A stretch of DNA of 64,000 nt from Chthoniobacteraceae bacterium (lineage in GTDB: Bacteria; Verrucomicrobiota; Verrucomicrobiia; Chthoniobacterales; Chthoniobacteraceae). Numbering within the stretch: the first letter of the stretch is position 1; the number at the start of each line of letters is the position of its first letter. The position numbers and the translations under genes were made by a program. A model generated the notes under the pieces. It saw only the letters and a program-made list of their open reading frames with translations. It was not told the origin of the DNA and ran no database searches. The stretch is from contig JBBCKI010000072.1 in the NCBI GenBank assembly GCA_037190965.1, positions 1 through 64,000 on the forward strand, given 5' to 3'. Positions 36,241 through 45,886 of this stretch are shown here, one piece after another.

Positions 36241-36717
36241 ATGGAACAACTCCTCCTTCTCCGTCACGCCGAAGCGGAAAGCGTTGCGCGATCCGACAAG
36301 GCGCGTGTGTTGACCGAAAAGGGCCGCGAACAGGCCCGGCGGGTGGGGCGATTTTGCGAGGAGTATAAGATTTGCCCGGATTTGATCCTGGCAAGTCCCT
36401 ACGCGCGGACGGACGAAACCGCCCGCATCGTGGCCGCCCGGCTGAAGATGGAGGTGGTCACAGCGGACTTCCTTGCTCCGGGGATGGCCCCGGAGACCGC
36501 CTTGGAGGAGTTGCGCGCCTATACAAAGTTCCGCACCGTGATGACGGTCGGGCATGAGCCCGACACCAGCCATCTTGCGGCCTCGCTGCTCGGGGTGGAG
36601 GCCGCGAACGCGCTCCATGTCCGCAAGGCGACACTGATCGCGATGGACGTGATGAGCCTGCAACCGCAAGGGGCCGTTCTCGATTTCTTTCTTCCCGTCA
36701 AATTGATGCATTCATGA
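36241..36717 (+). CDS. sixA: Phosphohistidine phosphatase
   Basis: Motifs LLRHAEA, R-x-LT-x-KG, SPYAR and VGHEP. Confidence 0.88.
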   Translation: MEQLLLLRHAEAESVARSDKARVLTEKGREQARRVGRFCEEYKICPDLILASPYARTDETARIVAARLKMEVVTADFLAPGMAPETALEELRAYTKFRTVMTVGHEPDTSHLAASLLGVEAANALHVRKATLIAMDVMSLQPQGAVLDFFLPVKLMHS

Positions 36718-37406
36718 GTACCGAAATCATTCGTTCTTCCTCGTTCGCCGCCGATGCGGCCCGCTTGATCGCCGACGCGGCGCGGGAGGCGATCGCCGCG
36801 CGCGGTCTCTTCCGGCTTTCGCTTTGCGGCGGGAACACTCCGCGCGCCGTCTACGCCGAACTGGCGAAGATCGGTCTTCCTTGGGAGAAGGTGCAGATCA
36901 CCTTCGGAGATGAGCGGTGCGTGCCGCCGGAAGACAGCCAGAGCAATTACCGGATGGCGCGGGAGTCGCTGCTGGGCGTGGTGCCGATCCCCGAAGGGAA
37001 TGTGTTCCGCATGCGCGGAGAACTGGAGCCCGCCGCCGCCGCCGAGGATTATGAGCGCAAGCTCTCCGCCGTGGCGGATCGGTTGGGCGAGACGCGTTAT
37101 ATCCACGACCTGCTGCTCCTCGGAATGGGGGATGACGGCCACACCGCGTCGCTCTTTCCCGGTACCGCCGCGCTGGAAGAGACGGAGCGCAGCGTGGTTG
37201 CCAACTTCGTTCCGAAGTTCGACACCCACCGGATCACGTTCACTTTCCCGCTCATCAATGCCGCGCGTCACGTCTGCTTTCTGGTCAACGACCCGAAGAA
37301 GGAGCCGATTGTCCAGGCGGTGCTGGAGAAGAGCGGCGGTTACCCGACCGAGCGGGTTGCTCCCGAGTCCGGGCGAATTACATGGCTTCTCGGTTCCGGA
37401 GAGTAA
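36714..37406 (+). CDS. pgl: 6-phosphogluconolactonase
   Basis: Motifs GGNTP, GDERCVP, SNY and LGMGDDGHTASLFPG. Confidence 0.95.
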   Translation: MSTEIIRSSSFAADAARLIADAAREAIAARGLFRLSLCGGNTPRAVYAELAKIGLPWEKVQITFGDERCVPPEDSQSNYRMARESLLGVVPIPEGNVFRMRGELEPAAAAEDYERKLSAVADRLGETRYIHDLLLLGMGDDGHTASLFPGTAALEETERSVVANFVPKFDTHRITFTFPLINAARHVCFLVNDPKKEPIVQAVLEKSGGYPTERVAPESGRITWLLGSGE

Positions 37407-37423
37407 TTGGACGACAATCTTTT

Positions 37424-38500
37424 ATGAAGAGCGCTTACGCACCTGGCAGAGTTGAGCTTCTCGGCAATCACACGGATTATAACCAAGGCTACGTTCTTTC
37501 CGCGGCCATCGACCGCGGGGTGACGATGATGGGAGAGCTCACCGGATCATCATGCACGGAACTTCGTTCCATCGCCCTGGATCAGTCATTCGAGACGGCT
37601 GCGGACCGGTTGGTGCCAAGCGAGGAGCACGAATGGGCGAACTATCCGCTTGGGGTGCTCGATGTCTTCGGGAAGGAGGGGTTGCCGGTCTCCGGGTTTC
37701 GCGCGGAGATCGAGAGTACACTCCCGCTGGGCGCGGGGCTTTCGAGTTCCGCCGCTCTGGAAGTCTCGACGGCGAAGCTGCTGGAGAAACTTTTTGGGTT
37801 CACCCTCGATCCGTTGACGCTCGCGAAGCTCTGCCGCCGCGCGGAGAATGAGTTTGTGGGAGTCAATTGCGGGTTGCTCGATCAGGTTTCCTCCGTCTTC
37901 GGTAAAGCGGGGCACGCCATTTTTCTGGATTGCCTCAAGGAGACCGTGGAACTGACCCCGTTTCCCGCGGGTGTGGAACTTCTCATCACGCATTGCGGGG
38001 TGCCGCACCGGCTGAGCGGCGGGGAGTACAACGAGCGGCGGGAGCAATGTTTCGACGCGGCGGCGCGCATGGGTGTTCCCGCTTTGCGCGATGTTACGAG
38101 CGCCCAATTGGAGGCGGCACGGGAGAGTCTGCCGCGCCTTTCGTACCTGCGGGCGGCCCATATTGTGGGCGAGAACGAGCGGGTGTTGCGCGGGGTGGAA
38201 CTGCTGCGTTCGGGCGACGTGAAAGGGTTTGGCGCGTTGATGTTCGCCAGTCACGAAAGCTCGCGAGTGAACTTCGAGAACAGCACGCCGGAACTCGACG
38301 TGCTGGTGGAGATTGCCCGGGATCTGCCCGGGGTGCTCGGCTCGCGTTTGACGGGGGGCGGCTTCGGCGGGGCAACCGTCACGCTGCTCGAGAGCGATAA
38401 AGCCACGGCGACGGCGGAAGCGCTGGCCGCCCGTTATCATGAAAAAACAGGCTTTACCGCACACCCTTATCTTTGTGCCATCGCCGACGGGGCGAGGTAA
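37424..38500 (+). CDS. galK: Galactokinase
   Basis: Motifs APGRVELLGNHTDYN, PLGAGLSSSAA, CGLLDQ and SRLTGGGFGG. Confidence 0.92.
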   Translation: MKSAYAPGRVELLGNHTDYNQGYVLSAAIDRGVTMMGELTGSSCTELRSIALDQSFETAADRLVPSEEHEWANYPLGVLDVFGKEGLPVSGFRAEIESTLPLGAGLSSSAALEVSTAKLLEKLFGFTLDPLTLAKLCRRAENEFVGVNCGLLDQVSSVFGKAGHAIFLDCLKETVELTPFPAGVELLITHCGVPHRLSGGEYNERREQCFDAAARMGVPALRDVTSAQLEAARESLPRLSYLRAAHIVGENERVLRGVELLRSGDVKGFGALMFASHESSRVNFENSTPELDVLVEIARDLPGVLGSRLTGGGFGGATVTLLESDKATATAEALAARYHEKTGFTAHPYLCAIADGAR

Positions 38501-38543
38501 ACTTTTCACTCCCTCTTCGCGAAAGCGCGGTTACCTTTTAGAG

Positions 38544-39524
38544 ATGGACTCGCCATTGCAGTGCCTGGTCACCGAGATTCTCGATTCCTACCGGAAGGTG
38601 GGAGGGATCAACAATTTCGACGGGACGAACCTTCCCTCGAAGTTCGCGATTGCCGAGATCTGTCAGGACCTTCTGCAACTCCTCTTTCCCGGCTTTCTCG
38701 ATCAGGAGCCGATCCATTCCAAGGAGATGCGCCGGGCGACGGCGTATCGGATCGGCTCGATTGCCGATCGCCTGGCCACCGAGGTTGCCAAGAGCCTCCG
38801 GCTCTCGGAGCCCGATTGCCCGCAAGCCGAGGCGGAGCGGGTTGTCATGAAGATGCTCCAAAGGCTTCCCGCCGTGCGTGAGCTGCTGCGGACTGACGTG
38901 GAGGCAGCCTACGAGGGCGACCCTGCCACGCGGAGCTTCGACGAGATCATCCTTTCGTATCCGTTTCTGGAGACGATTGCCATCCAGCGGTGCGCGCACA
39001 TTTTTCATCTGGAGAAAGTGCCGCTCCTGCCGCGTATCATGACGGAGTGGGCGCATGGCCGGACGGGGATCGATATTCACCCCGGCGCGCAGATCGGCTC
39101 GCATTTTTTTATCGATCACGGCACCGGGGTGGTCATTGGGGAGACCTGCGTGATCGGGTCTCACGTGAAGCTCTACCACGGCGTTACGCTGGGGGCGAAG
39201 AGCTTCCAGAAGGACGATCATGGCCGCATCCTCAAGGGAGGCAAGCGGCACCCGAACGTCGAGGATCACGTCACGATCTACCCGAACAGCACGGTTTTGG
39301 GGGGCGAAACGGTGATCGGGAAGGGTACCACCATCGGCGGGAACGTCTTCCTCCAACAGAGCGTGCCGCCTAACTCGCTGGTTTATTACGAGGAGACGCA
39401 ACTCAAGGTGGTCCCCAAGAGAGAGCGGCATCATGGCGGGCCTCGGGAGGAAAAACCGGAAAAGGCCGAGATCGTCAGCGTGGGGCTCGAAGAGCCTGTT
39501 GAGGATTGGGACTGGTCGATCTAA
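38544..39524 (+). CDS. cysE: Serine O-acetyltransferase
   Basis: Motifs AAYEGDPA, TGIDIHPGA, FIDHGTGVVIGET and KRHP. Confidence 0.92.
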   Translation: MDSPLQCLVTEILDSYRKVGGINNFDGTNLPSKFAIAEICQDLLQLLFPGFLDQEPIHSKEMRRATAYRIGSIADRLATEVAKSLRLSEPDCPQAEAERVVMKMLQRLPAVRELLRTDVEAAYEGDPATRSFDEIILSYPFLETIAIQRCAHIFHLEKVPLLPRIMTEWAHGRTGIDIHPGAQIGSHFFIDHGTGVVIGETCVIGSHVKLYHGVTLGAKSFQKDDHGRILKGGKRHPNVEDHVTIYPNSTVLGGETVIGKGTTIGGNVFLQQSVPPNSLVYYEETQLKVVPKRERHHGGPREEKPEKAEIVSVGLEEPVEDWDWSI

Positions 39525-39571
39525 TTTCCCCCTGATGCCCAGTAAAGTCTCCGCGCGGTTGAAAAATACCG

Positions 39572-39715
39572 CCTCGTTCCCAAACTCCGTTTGGGAACGT
39601 CAGTGTCTTCGAAACTCCAGTTTCGCAACCCTTCGTCACGAAAGGCCGCTAGGGAGGCGCACGAATCGGAGATTCGCAGACAGGGGCATTCCCAATCTGG
39701 AGATTGGGAACGAGG
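39572..39715. repeat. Composite four-hairpin REP/MITE-like element, CTCGTTCCCAA family (copy 4)
   Basis: Terminal inverted repeat CCTCGTTCCCAA...TTGGGAACGAGG. Shares GTGTCTTCGAAACTCCAGTTTCGCAACCC and CCAATCTGGAGATTGG with the copy at 14789. Confidence 0.85.
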
Positions 39716-39746
39716 GGGCTAGCTGCAATAACCAGATTTTGATTCC

Positions 39747-40907
39747 GTGATTTATCTCGATTACAACGCCACCACGCCTCTGGCTTCCGAGGTCCTGGCG
39801 GCCATGCTTCCGGTTCTGGAGCGCGGGTTTGGAAACCCCTCCAGCATTCACGCCGCGGGCCGCGAGGCGCGCGCCGCCATTGATGACGCCCGCGACCGGC
39901 TCGGGGCGGTTCTGGGCGCGCGGCCGCATGAGATCGTTTTCACCGGGGGCGGCACAGAGGCCGACAACCTCGCGGTCCTCGGTTTGGCAAAAAGCCAGTC
40001 CCGAGAGAAAGGGAAAACCCGGCACGTCATTACCGCGAGCACGGAGCATCACGCCGTCCTTCACGCTGCCGCGCATCTGGAGAAGGAAGAAGGTTTTGCG
40101 GTTACCTGGTTGCCGGTGGACCGGCATGGGGTGATCGATCCCGATGAACTCCGGCGCGTGTTGACTCCGGAGACGGCTCTGGTCTCCATCATGTCGGCCA
40201 ATAACGAGACCGGAACGTTGCAGCCGGTGCGCGAAATTGCGACGCTTTGCCGGGAGCGGGGCGTTCTTTTTCACAGTGACATGATCCAGAGTTTCGGCAA
40301 GCTCCCCGTGAGCGTCCGCGATTCCTTGTCGGAGCCCGGCCCCGATGCGATCTCCCTTGCCGCGCACAAATTTTATGGGCCCAAGGGGGCCGGGGCGCTT
40401 TGGCTTCGGTCCGGCCTATCCATCGACCGGATTGTTTTTGGCGGTTCGCATGAAAACGAACGCCGACCGGGGACGGAAAACGCGGCGGCAATCGCCGGGC
40501 TCGCGCGGGCGGCGGAACTGCTGCTGCCCGGGATGAGCGCCGAGCAGGAGCGGCAAGCGGCGTTGCGTGATGCCCTCTGGGAGGGAATTGCGACGGCCTA
40601 CCCGCGCGCGGTGCTCAATGGGCATCCTTCGGCGCGGCTGGCCAATACGCTCAATGTTTCATTCCCTGGGCTTAACGGAGAGAGCCTGCTGATCAATTTC
40701 GATCTCGAAGGGATCTGCGTTTCCAGCGGTTCGGCTTGCATGGTCGGATCAATCCAGGCCTCGCATGTGCTTCTGGCGATGGGGGTTGCCCCCGAATCGG
40801 CTCACGCGGCGGTCCGTTTTTCGCTTGGGAAGGGGACGACTGAAAAAGAGATTGAAAAGGTCGTTGCGCGAATGCCTGCAATCGTCGACAGGTTGCAGGC
40901 AGAATGA
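39747..40907 (+). CDS. iscS: Cysteine desulfurase (IscS/NifS type)
   Basis: Motifs IYLDYNATTP, GNPSS, AAHKFYGPKG, RPGTEN and SSGSAC. Confidence 0.9.
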   Translation: MIYLDYNATTPLASEVLAAMLPVLERGFGNPSSIHAAGREARAAIDDARDRLGAVLGARPHEIVFTGGGTEADNLAVLGLAKSQSREKGKTRHVITASTEHHAVLHAAAHLEKEEGFAVTWLPVDRHGVIDPDELRRVLTPETALVSIMSANNETGTLQPVREIATLCRERGVLFHSDMIQSFGKLPVSVRDSLSEPGPDAISLAAHKFYGPKGAGALWLRSGLSIDRIVFGGSHENERRPGTENAAAIAGLARAAELLLPGMSAEQERQAALRDALWEGIATAYPRAVLNGHPSARLANTLNVSFPGLNGESLLINFDLEGICVSSGSACMVGSIQASHVLLAMGVAPESAHAAVRFSLGKGTTEKEIEKVVARMPAIVDRLQAE

Positions 40908-41530
40908 GATCGCTGAACGCCAAAACTTCCCCATTGGTCCCCCGAGTGATCGACTCGCGGCAAGCAAGCCTGGACGGCATTCTGGAGCCGCTTGCAGCAT
41001 TGCTTCAGTTGCCCGAGGGAGACTTTACCCAGTGCGCGTTGGAGGCTGCCTCCCGGCGCTTATTGGAGCGCGCGGGGTGCCCGGGGCTGGCGGGGCTTGT
41101 CAAGGTACGCTGGAATTACCGGCTACGGACCACGGCGGGGTTGGCGTGCGCGAATGAACAGCTTGTTTCTCTCAATCCACGGTTGATCGCTTTTGGGATG
41201 CCGGAGGTGGATCGCACCCTGCGGCACGAATTGGCGCATCTGGTGGCACGGTATCGCTCAGGGAGACGGCGGATCGAGCCGCACGGCCCGGAGTGGCGGC
41301 AGGCTTGCGTCGATCTGGGGCTCTCCAACGAAAAGCGTTGCCACGACCTGCCGCTGCCCCGTCGCCGCATGCAGGCAAAGCATCATTACCGCTGCCAACA
41401 TTGCCGCTTCGACGTTTTCCGGGTCAGACCGTTCCGGCGGGCGGTGGCTTGCCTCAAGTGCTGCCGCACTTATAGCGGCGGGAAGTACAATGAGAAGTTC
41501 CGGTTGGTGAAGGTCGTGTCAAATCCGTAG
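40904..41530 (+). CDS. SprT-like zinc metalloprotease
   Basis: WNYRLRTTAG, HELAH, HGPEW, and C-terminal CxxC...CxxC. Confidence 0.9.
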   Translation: MRSLNAKTSPLVPRVIDSRQASLDGILEPLAALLQLPEGDFTQCALEAASRRLLERAGCPGLAGLVKVRWNYRLRTTAGLACANEQLVSLNPRLIAFGMPEVDRTLRHELAHLVARYRSGRRRIEPHGPEWRQACVDLGLSNEKRCHDLPLPRRRMQAKHHYRCQHCRFDVFRVRPFRRAVACLKCCRTYSGGKYNEKFRLVKVVSNP

Positions 41531-41556
41531 CAGGTTTGCTTTCCCGAATGAGGGAT

Positions 41557-41740
41557 TGAATTCTGGAGGTCCGTCCCTTAGCGAAGGGGGTATTCTCGAA
41601 AACCTGAAGATGACTCTATGACTTTTCAGGCTGGGAAATAGGACCTTATGTGGAATACCACTGAATCTATCGTTACCCCCTTCTAAACCCTGGCGAAAGG
41701 GTTCTTTGGAGCGGTCAACCCCGCAAGGGAATCCAGTTCA
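41557..41740 (+). ncRNA. Candidate multibranched structured RNA or degenerate MITE, family unidentified
   Basis: Nested helices found by eye: 41557-67/41732-40, 41571-76/41708-14, 41583-92/41674-83 (perfect 10 bp), 41603-10/41623-30, 41686-91/41698-703, and a CCC-GCAA-GGG GNRA hairpin. Confidence 0.4.
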
Positions 41741-42029
41741 GAGGCGCCGATTTTTTCTTTATTCCGTTCAGCTTGTTGTGGTGCGGTTTTGCCATTTTTT
41801 GGGAATACATGGCCTTAAGTATTCCGAAACAAGGGGCCCGATAGGCATCATTTTTCCTGTGTTCGGGGCGGGTGCGTTCCCTTGGGTGACCCAGATTCCG
41901 GGAAGGATGCTCGTCGGCAACTTCAGACGAAATGATGCCTCCGACGTTCGAGATGATCGAAAACACCCGGACCGTTTACGAGATCGTGAGGACGGCGCAG
42001 AAAGCGGTGTCTTCCAGGGCGTAGTGACG

Positions 42030-42611
42030 CTATCGGCTCGTCGCGAAGTACCCGGGTTCGTTGCCGGGCTTCCACTTGATGTTGCAGCCAAGGCTGGGCT
42101 TTTGATCCGGATTCACAGGTTGATCGGCCAGAACAGCATCGATGGCGGCGCGGAGGTCGTGGCCGGTCGGCGTCTCCTGACGGGGGCGGGTGGAATCCAA
42201 CTGGCCCCGGTAGACGAGACGGCGGTTGGCATCGAAGAGGAAAAAGTCGGGCGTGCAGGCGGCGGTGTAGGCTTTTGCGACAGCTTGGGATTCGTCGTAA
42301 AGCACCGGGAGGGCGAGCAGGCCGGCGAGATCGCGGGTGGGCTCGGGAGCGTCATCGGGATATTCGGCGGCATCGTTGGAGGTAATGCCGACAAATCCCA
42401 CGGATTTTTGCGCGTAGTCCCGGGCGATTCTGGCAAGCTCCTCCCGCACATGGATGACGTAGGGACAGTGGTTGCAGAGAAAGACGACCATCAATGCTTT
42501 GCTCGCGGCGAAGTCGCCGAGGGAAACCGAACTACCGGAGATGACATCGGGAAGGCTGAAGGCGGGGGCTTGGGTGCCGAGCGGAAGCATGGTGGATTGC
42601 GTGCGTGCCAT
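42030..42611 (-). CDS. Thioredoxin-fold AhpC/TSA family protein
   Basis: Motifs FLCNHCPYV, AACTPDFFLF, YRGQLD and SLGCNIKW. Confidence 0.93.
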   Translation of the reverse strand: MARTQSTMLPLGTQAPAFSLPDVISGSSVSLGDFAASKALMVVFLCNHCPYVIHVREELARIARDYAQKSVGFVGITSNDAAEYPDDAPEPTRDLAGLLALPVLYDESQAVAKAYTAACTPDFFLFDANRRLVYRGQLDSTRPRQETPTGHDLRAAIDAVLADQPVNPDQKPSLGCNIKWKPGNEPGYFATSR

Positions 42612-42714
42612 GCCGGGATATTGGAGGATTGAGGCTCGTCAGGCGAGAGGGAAAGTAAAGTGAATTGGGGTGTTTCGGGTTGAGTGAACTGTTGGAACCG
42701 GTTTACGGTGCGAA

Positions 42715-43569
42715 ATGGCTTATACGGTCTTGAAATTGTCCTGCCCGGATCGTGTAGGGTTGCTTGCGCAGCTCACCGGCTTTGTGGCGGCTCACGGAGG
42801 CAACCTTCTGGAGGTGCATCAGTTCACCGATCCTTTGACGAAATGGTTCTTCGCCCGTATGGCGATCGATTCCGAGAGTCTCGGGTTTGATCTGTGTGCG
42901 CTCCGCAAAGCCTTCGCGCCGCTTGGCGAAGAGCTGGATGCGGAGTGGACGCTTCGTGATGCGGCCCAGCGCAAACGCGTCGTGATCCTCGTTTCCAAGG
43001 CCGATCATTGCCTGACTGATCTTCTCTGGCGGTGGCGAGCGGGGGAGATGCCGATGGAGATTCCATTGGTGATCGGAAATCACGATACGCTGCGGCCTCT
43101 TGTAGAGCGCGAGGGCATACGATTTGATAGGGTGCCGGTGACTCCCGAAACCAAGGAGGAGGCCTTCCAGACGATGCAAAGTCTGTTTATGAAGGCGGAG
43201 GCCGATGTCGTGATCCTTGCACGCTATATGCAAGTTATCCCCGCCGCGCTATGCGAGGAGTGGCATGGCAAGATCATCAATATTCATCATTCCTTTTTGC
43301 CGTCTTTCGCCGGGGCCAATCCTTATCGTCGGGCCTACGAGCGTGGAGTGAAGCTGATCGGGGCGACTTGTCACTATGCAACGCCGGAGCTCGACGAAGG
43401 GCCGATCATCGACCAGGAGGTCGTGCGCGTGGAACATTTCCATACGCCCGAGGATCTGCTGCGGCTCGGGCGCGATTGCGAACGCCTCGCGCTGGCACGC
43501 GGCGTCCGTTACCACGTGGACGACCGTGTGATGATGCACGGTAACCGCTCGATTGTATTTAGAGACTAG
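42715..43569 (+). CDS. purU: Formyltetrahydrofolate deformylase
   Basis: ACT domain SCPDRVG, LARYMQ, INIHHSFLP, GVKLIGAT and LDEGPII. Confidence 0.96.
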   Translation: MAYTVLKLSCPDRVGLLAQLTGFVAAHGGNLLEVHQFTDPLTKWFFARMAIDSESLGFDLCALRKAFAPLGEELDAEWTLRDAAQRKRVVILVSKADHCLTDLLWRWRAGEMPMEIPLVIGNHDTLRPLVEREGIRFDRVPVTPETKEEAFQTMQSLFMKAEADVVILARYMQVIPAALCEEWHGKIINIHHSFLPSFAGANPYRRAYERGVKLIGATCHYATPELDEGPIIDQEVVRVEHFHTPEDLLRLGRDCERLALARGVRYHVDDRVMMHGNRSIVFRD

Positions 43570-45709
43570 TGTTCTGTAACAAGGTGCTAGCCAAAGTCGG
43601 CTGTTGCGAGCCGGGCACTGCGGCATTGCGCCTGCGGGCGCGTTCGCGGAAGTACAATTGGGCTTGCGAGGGGGCGTGGCCCGGTTCGGGTTTGAGGCGG
43701 ATGTAAGAGCCGTCGGCCTGGAGCTCCCGGGCTTTCACGCGATCTTTCAAAAACGCGGGAAGCATCTCTTCGATAATCGACTTCTGCAGCTTGGGGCTTT
43801 CGACAGGGAAGGCAATTTCGATGCGGCGATAGAGATTGCGGGGCATCCAGTCCGCGCTGCCGAGGTAGAGGGAGGGATCTCCGTCGTTGGCGAAGTAGTA
43901 GATCCGGCTATGCTCAAGGAATCGCCCGACGATGCTGATGACGCGGATGTTCTCGCTCAGGCCAGGGATGTTCGGGCGCAGGCAGCAGATGCCCCGGACG
44001 ATGAGGTCGATTTTCACCCCGGCCTGCGAGGCTTCGTAAAGCGCGGAAATGAGCGTTTCATCTACGAGCGCGTTGAGTTTGGCGATAATGCGGGCGGGCT
44101 TTCCCGCCAGCGCGTGATCGCGTTCGCGTTCGATCATCGCCTTGAATCGCGGGGCGAGATCAAAGGGAGAGACCAGGAGTTTTTTGAACCCCGGATATTC
44201 GGCAGGGCCGGTGAGGGTGTTGAAAAGGGTGGCGACTTCGGCGGTCAACTCGGGGTTGCTCGTAAAGAGACCCAGGTCGGTATAAATCCGCGCGGTGCGC
44301 GGGTGGTAGTTGCCGGTGCCAAGGTGAACGTAGTGACGGATGCGGTCTTCGTCGCGCCGGACAATGAGGAGCATCTTGCAATGGGTCTTAAGCCCGACGA
44401 CGCCGTAGACCACGTGCACGCCGAACTCCTCCAGCTTGCGGGCCCATTGGATGTTGGCGGCTTCGTCGAACCGCGCCTTGAGCTCCACGATGACGGTGAC
44501 TTGCTTGCCGTTAGCAGCAGCTTCGCCCAACGCGGCGACGATGGGGGAATCGCCGCTGGTCCGGTAAAGCGTCATCTTGATGGCGAGGACGAGTGGATCG
44601 GCTGCCGCGTTCTCGATGAACTCGACCACGTCGTCAAACGGCTCGTAAGGATGATGCAGTAGTACGTCCTCCCGCCTCAGGAGTTGCCAGATATCGGTGC
44701 CAGGGGGGAGCGCGGGATCGTGCGCGGGATGGAAGGGGCGATCCTTGAGATGGGCAAATGCCTCGTTGGCAAGAAGCGGGACGAGGTGAGTCATCGTGAT
44801 CGGCCCGTCGAGCGGGTAGAGATCGGCGTTCTCCAGTTTGAAACGCTCCAGCAGGAAGGCTTGAAAATCGGCGGGGCAATCGGCCTCCACCTCCAGGCGG
44901 ACGGCATTGCCGCGATTGGCGCGCCGGAGTTCCTGCTCGATGGTCCGGAGAAGGTTTTCGGCTTCCTCGTCATCGATGTAGAGGTCGCTGTTGCGGGTGA
45001 TCCGAAAGGCGTGGACGCCTTCGAGGATCAGCCCTGGAAAAAGCTCCACGACGCGGGCTTTGATGAGGTCGCTCAGGTAAATGTAATCCCACGCCTCCTT
45101 TTCTCCGGGGGCCGATTTCTGGCGGGGGAGGGCGATGAGCCGGGGGATCACGCGCGGCACCTGCACAATGGCGTAAAGCGGCTCCTCCTCGCCGGGGCGG
45201 CGGGCGCGCGCCATCAGGTTGTGGCTTTTATTGAGGACCTGTGGGAAAGGGTGGCTGGCGTCAACGGCGAGCGGCGTCAGGACCGGGAAGACCTCGTTGC
45301 GAAAATAGGTTTGCGCCCACTCGGCAAGGTCGGGCGGAAGCGAGGCGACATGGTGAATGCGGATACCGTGTTTAACCAGTTCGGGAACGATTTCTTCATT
45401 CCATAGACCGTATTGCATGGCCACCAGTTCATGCGCGCGCTTCTGGATTTCCTCAAAAACCGTCGCGGGAACCATGCCGTCGGGTCCAATGTCGGCGGCA
45501 CCGCTGTTGATCTGCTGCTTGATGCCCGCCACGCGGATTTCGAAGAACTCATCAAGATTGGAGGAAAAGATGGTCAGGAACTTGACCCGCTCCATCAGCG
45601 GCTGGGTGGCATCCTGAGCCTCCTCAAGCACACGGCGGTTGAATTCCAGCCAACTCAACTCGCGATTGATAAAGTTTTTCGGGGCGTCGATCTCCTGTTG
45701 CATCACCAT
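43559..45709 (-). CDS. ppk1: Polyphosphate kinase 1
   Basis: Motifs NRELSWLEFNRRV, LHHPYE, KTHCK, GTGNY, GRFLEHSR and SADWMPRN. Confidence 0.97.
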   Translation of the reverse strand: MVMQQEIDAPKNFINRELSWLEFNRRVLEEAQDATQPLMERVKFLTIFSSNLDEFFEIRVAGIKQQINSGAADIGPDGMVPATVFEEIQKRAHELVAMQYGLWNEEIVPELVKHGIRIHHVASLPPDLAEWAQTYFRNEVFPVLTPLAVDASHPFPQVLNKSHNLMARARRPGEEEPLYAIVQVPRVIPRLIALPRQKSAPGEKEAWDYIYLSDLIKARVVELFPGLILEGVHAFRITRNSDLYIDDEEAENLLRTIEQELRRANRGNAVRLEVEADCPADFQAFLLERFKLENADLYPLDGPITMTHLVPLLANEAFAHLKDRPFHPAHDPALPPGTDIWQLLRREDVLLHHPYEPFDDVVEFIENAAADPLVLAIKMTLYRTSGDSPIVAALGEAAANGKQVTVIVELKARFDEAANIQWARKLEEFGVHVVYGVVGLKTHCKMLLIVRRDEDRIRHYVHLGTGNYHPRTARIYTDLGLFTSNPELTAEVATLFNTLTGPAEYPGFKKLLVSPFDLAPRFKAMIERERDHALAGKPARIIAKLNALVDETLISALYEASQAGVKIDLIVRGICCLRPNIPGLSENIRVISIVGRFLEHSRIYYFANDGDPSLYLGSADWMPRNLYRRIEIAFPVESPKLQKSIIEEMLPAFLKDRVKARELQADGSYIRLKPEPGHAPSQAQLYFRERARRRNAAVPGSQQPTLASTLLQNTSL

Positions 45710-45780
45710 TCTACCTTAGCCTCAATTTCAGATTTGGAACATGTGATTATTGGAATAGGGGAGGGCCTGCCTACGGATCA

Positions 45781-45809
45781 ATCGTGATAATGTGACGATT
45801 AGGTGTCAA
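45781..45809 (-). promoter_or_regulatory. Possible sigma-70 promoter for ppk1
   Basis: The minus strand reads TTGACA-17 nt-CACGAT. It overlaps two G(T/A)CAC motifs 11 bp apart, the Pho-box spacing. Confidence 0.35.
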
Positions 45810-45886
45810 AACCGGGCCCACCCGGGGAAAACGATTGCAGTCCCGCCTTAAAATCCGGACATTCGGTGCCGTTTCCCGGCCTTCTC

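Noticed and set aside
314..39715. CRISPR array formed by the 30-bp palindromes
   Set aside because: The copies are dispersed over kilobases, with no regular spacers and no cas genes.
41557..41740. Cobalamin or c-di-GMP-I riboswitch, tmRNA or RNase P RNA
   Set aside because: Fragments such as CCACTG, CCCCGC and CGAAAG occur, but not in the required order or context. There is no downstream co-oriented gene, no tRNA-like end and no GAGGAAAGTCC.
41706..42632. 308-aa + strand ORF and the 83-aa ORF at 41715-41966
   Set aside because: The long ORF is mostly antisense to the thioredoxin-fold gene. Neither has motifs or an RBS, and the region is better explained by nucleic-acid structure.
43559..43569. 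Overlap of the purU and ppk1 3' ends as a regulatory feature
   Set aside because: An 11-bp convergent overlap is common and says little by itself.
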